A stretch of 64,000 bases of DNA from NCBI GenBank assembly GCA_905205405.1, contig CAJLDK010000001.1:35392-99391 (forward strand), written 5' to 3'. The stretch's first letter is position 1. The number at the start of each line of letters is the position of its first letter. Below the pieces are notes generated by a model. The model searched no databases. It worked only from the letters and a program-made list of their open reading frames with translations, and was not told the origin of the DNA. A program made the position numbers and the translations under genes. Positions 61,893-64,000 of the stretch are shown here, piece by piece. The stretch comes from an uncultured Collinsella sp. (GTDB lineage Bacteria; Actinomycetota; Coriobacteriia; Coriobacteriales; Coriobacteriaceae).

Positions 61893-63059
61893 TTACTCGG
61901 CGTCGGTCTCCTCTTCCTTCTTCTCGGAAGGCAGCGGGGTAACCTCGATCTCGACGCCCAGAGTCTCAGCAGCGGACTTCATGGACAGGGAGATACGACG
62001 ACGGTCGAGGTCGATCTCCATGACCTTGACCTGAACCTTGTCGCCAACGTGGGTGACCTGAGAAGGCTGGTCGACGTGCTTGTTGGCCATCTCGGAGATG
62101 TGCACCAGGCCCTCGATGCCCTCGCCCAGGTCGACGAAAGCGCCGAACGGGACAAGCTTGGTCACAGTGCCCTCGACGATAGCACCGACGGGGTACTTCT
62201 TGACCAGTGCGCGCCACGGATCCTCGGTGGTCTGCTTGAGACCCAGGGAGATGCGCTCGCGGTTGAGATCGACGTCGAGAACCTCGACCTCGACCTCCTG
62301 GCCGACCTTGACAACCTCGGAAGGATGGTTGACGTGGTTCCAAGAGAGCTCGGAGATGTGGATGAGGCCGTCGATACCGCCGAGGTCGACGAAGGCGCCG
62401 AAGTCCACGATGGAGGAAACGGTGCCCTGGAGACGCATGCCCGACTTGAGCTTGGACAGGATCTCGGAGCGCTCGGCCTTACGGGACTCCTCGAGCACGA
62501 CGCGACGGGAGAGGACAACGTTGTTGCGGTTGCGGTCCATCTCGATGACGCGGGCCTCGATGCGGGTGCCCATGTAGGAGGTGAGGTCCTTGACGCGACG
62601 GAGGTCGACGAGGGAAGCGGGCAGGAAGCCACGCAGGCCGATGTCGAGGATCAGGCCGCCCTTGACAACCTCGATAACCTCGCCCTCGACGTTCTCGCCG
62701 GAGTTGAACTTCTCCTCGATGCGGTTCCAAGCACGCTCGTACTCGGCACGCTTCTTGGACAGGACCAGACGACCGTCCTTGTCCTCCTTCTGGAGAACCA
62801 GAGCCTCGATGGGATCACCGAGTGCAACGATGTCTGCAGGGTTAGCGTCCTTGCGGATGGACAGCTCGCGGACCGGGATAACGCCCTCGGACTTGAATCC
62901 GATGTCAACGAGCACCTCGTCATGCTCGATCTTAACGACAGTGCCGTTAACGAGATCGCCCTCATCAAAGTCGGTAATCGTACCGTCGATGAGGTTGTTC
63001 ATCTCCTCCTCATTGACATCGTCAAGAGAGAAAATGGACGAGTTCTGAATCTCACTCAA
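61893..63059 (-). CDS. rpsA: 30S ribosomal protein S1 (four S1 domains)
   Basis: 388 aa with repeated S1 motifs (GTVVKIEHDEVLVDIG, GEVIEVVKGGLILDIG, GTVSSIVDFGAFVDLG, GTVTKLVPFGAFVDLG). Confidence 0.9.
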   Translation of the reverse strand: MSEIQNSSIFSLDDVNEEEMNNLIDGTITDFDEGDLVNGTVVKIEHDEVLVDIGFKSEGVIPVRELSIRKDANPADIVALGDPIEALVLQKEDKDGRLVLSKKRAEYERAWNRIEEKFNSGENVEGEVIEVVKGGLILDIGLRGFLPASLVDLRRVKDLTSYMGTRIEARVIEMDRNRNNVVLSRRVVLEESRKAERSEILSKLKSGMRLQGTVSSIVDFGAFVDLGGIDGLIHISELSWNHVNHPSEVVKVGQEVEVEVLDVDLNRERISLGLKQTTEDPWRALVKKYPVGAIVEGTVTKLVPFGAFVDLGEGIEGLVHISEMANKHVDQPSQVTHVGDKVQVKVMEIDLDRRRISLSMKSAAETLGVEIEVTPLPSEKKEEETDAE

Positions 63060-63374
63060 AGGTGGACCCCTTTCGAACTACGGGGCCCCGATTGCTAGGA
63101 CCTACAGAAGGGTGCGACAAGCACACAACGTTTAGGAACACTCGGGAGCCGACAGATACTAATGTGACGCTTATGCAATCACGTTCGTATAGGTTACGGG
63201 GAAATGAGTTCGATTTCAAGCGTGAACTGCGATTTTTTACTCGTGTGGAGACTTTTTCGTAATCTTATGAACACACGTCTCCACAACTTGACGATAACCA
63301 GCCAGGCATTTGGCTTTGGGGTAAAGTATCCGGAGCCAACGACTCTGGATCATATTTACGAGAAAGGTGCCCGC

Positions 63375-64000
63375 GTGCTCAAAGCAGTCGTTTTCGATAT
63401 GGACGAGACGCTTCTTAGCATCAACCTCAACGCTTTCATCCTTCGCTATTTTAAGGAAGTCTCGTCGATGCTCGCGGACATCGGACGTCGCAGCCGTGGT
63501 GGCACGATGGCGCGTCTCGGCACCATCCTGGTCGACCTCAATGCCAATCGCCGCAGCGGCACGGACAATCGCACCAATCTCGAGTTTTACCGCACCGAGG
63601 TCGAGCGCAGATGTGGTATCTGCCTCTCCGACCCCATGATCTACGAGGCATTTACCTACTACGATCGAGAAGTTCTTCCCCACAAGAATGACGACGTCAT
63701 CAACGCCCATGCCATGCCGGGCGCACACGCCGCACTTCAGGCCGTGCAGGACGCGGGGCTGCGCTGCGCGCTCTTTACCAACCCCAGCTTTCCCCAGGGG
63801 GCCATCGAGTGCCGCATGGGTTGGGGCGATCTGGCCGACGCTCCCTTTGAACTCGTGACGCACATGGGAAATGCCACCCGCTGCAAGCCCGATGCCACCT
63901 ACTATCTAGAGCAGCTTCAGGTGATGGAACTCGAGCCACACGAGGTCCTTATGGTGGGCAACGACCCCAAGCGCGACTTCCCGTCCCCCGATTGCGGCAT
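63375..64000 (+). CDS. HAD-superfamily hydrolase (3'-truncated by the window end; start uncertain)
   Basis: Motif I VVFDMDETLL. Frame is open to the window end. Not in the ORF track because it has no stop. Confidence 0.6.
   Translation, partial: MLKAVVFDMDETLLSINLNAFILRYFKEVSSMLADIGRRSRGGTMARLGTILVDLNANRRSGTDNRTNLEFYRTEVERRCGICLSDPMIYEAFTYYDREVLPHKNDDVINAHAMPGAHAALQAVQDAGLRCALFTNPSFPQGAIECRMGWGDLADAPFELVTHMGNATRCKPDATYYLEQLQVMELEPHEVLMVGNDPKRDFPSPDCG

Overview
This is a high-GC actinobacterial window, plausibly a Coriobacteriia-type anaerobe. Most of it is core chromosome, and most genes sit on the minus strand.

Positions ~790-9530 are a sharply lower-GC island. It encodes a complete Wzx/Wzy-dependent polysaccharide locus: priming sugar transferase, GT2, GT4, EpsG-like polymerase, GT2, pyruvyl transferase, Wzx flippase, and a FrhB-like protein with a coupled ferredoxin. 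A NusG paralog heads the locus and a remnant IS256-family transposase (1-761) borders it.

Downstream are:
- thrS and a membrane protein with a zinc ribbon;
- a GlpA-like FAD oxidoreductase, a second oxidoreductase and a DUF1667 protein;
- an M24 peptidase flanked by MITE-like repeats;
- folC-valS, clpX-clpP, tig and tRNA-Leu;
- a Mop-type molybdo-aldehyde oxidoreductase with its FAD subunit, then gdhA;
- the selenocysteine machinery: tRNA-Sec, selB, selA and an FNT transporter;
- tRNA-Gly and tRNA-Pro, then brnQ;
- a selenium-delivery cluster: class-V aminotransferase, DUF3343, yedF, and selD, which itself carries an in-frame UGA Sec codon that the ORF track missed;
- a GT4 gene and an HgdCAB-like dehydratase cluster;
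- modABC, mogA, moeA, a ClC channel, a DAG-kinase-like gene, arfB, xpt, an MFS transporter, metY, a C_GCAxxG protein and yigZ;
- RNase P RNA, rpsA and a partial HAD hydrolase.

The most unusual signal is a perfectly periodic (81 bp) array at 13008-13467, in the divergent intergenic region upstream of the glpA-like operon. Twelve 16-bp repeats sit in strictly alternating orientation, separated by 24-25-nt variable segments. It has CRISPR-like geometry but is not a CRISPR: the repeats are inverted rather than direct, only 16 nt long, and no cas genes are nearby.

Other noteworthy signals:
- a G10 homopolymer at the 5' end of the priming glycosyltransferase;
- a 15-bp inverted-repeat pair bracketing the promoter of the capsule locus, i.e. 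a candidate invertible promoter;
- a MITE-like element with 24-bp terminal inverted repeats, plus several families of small palindromic repeats;
- long perfect nested inverted repeats in the valS leader and in other intergenic regions.
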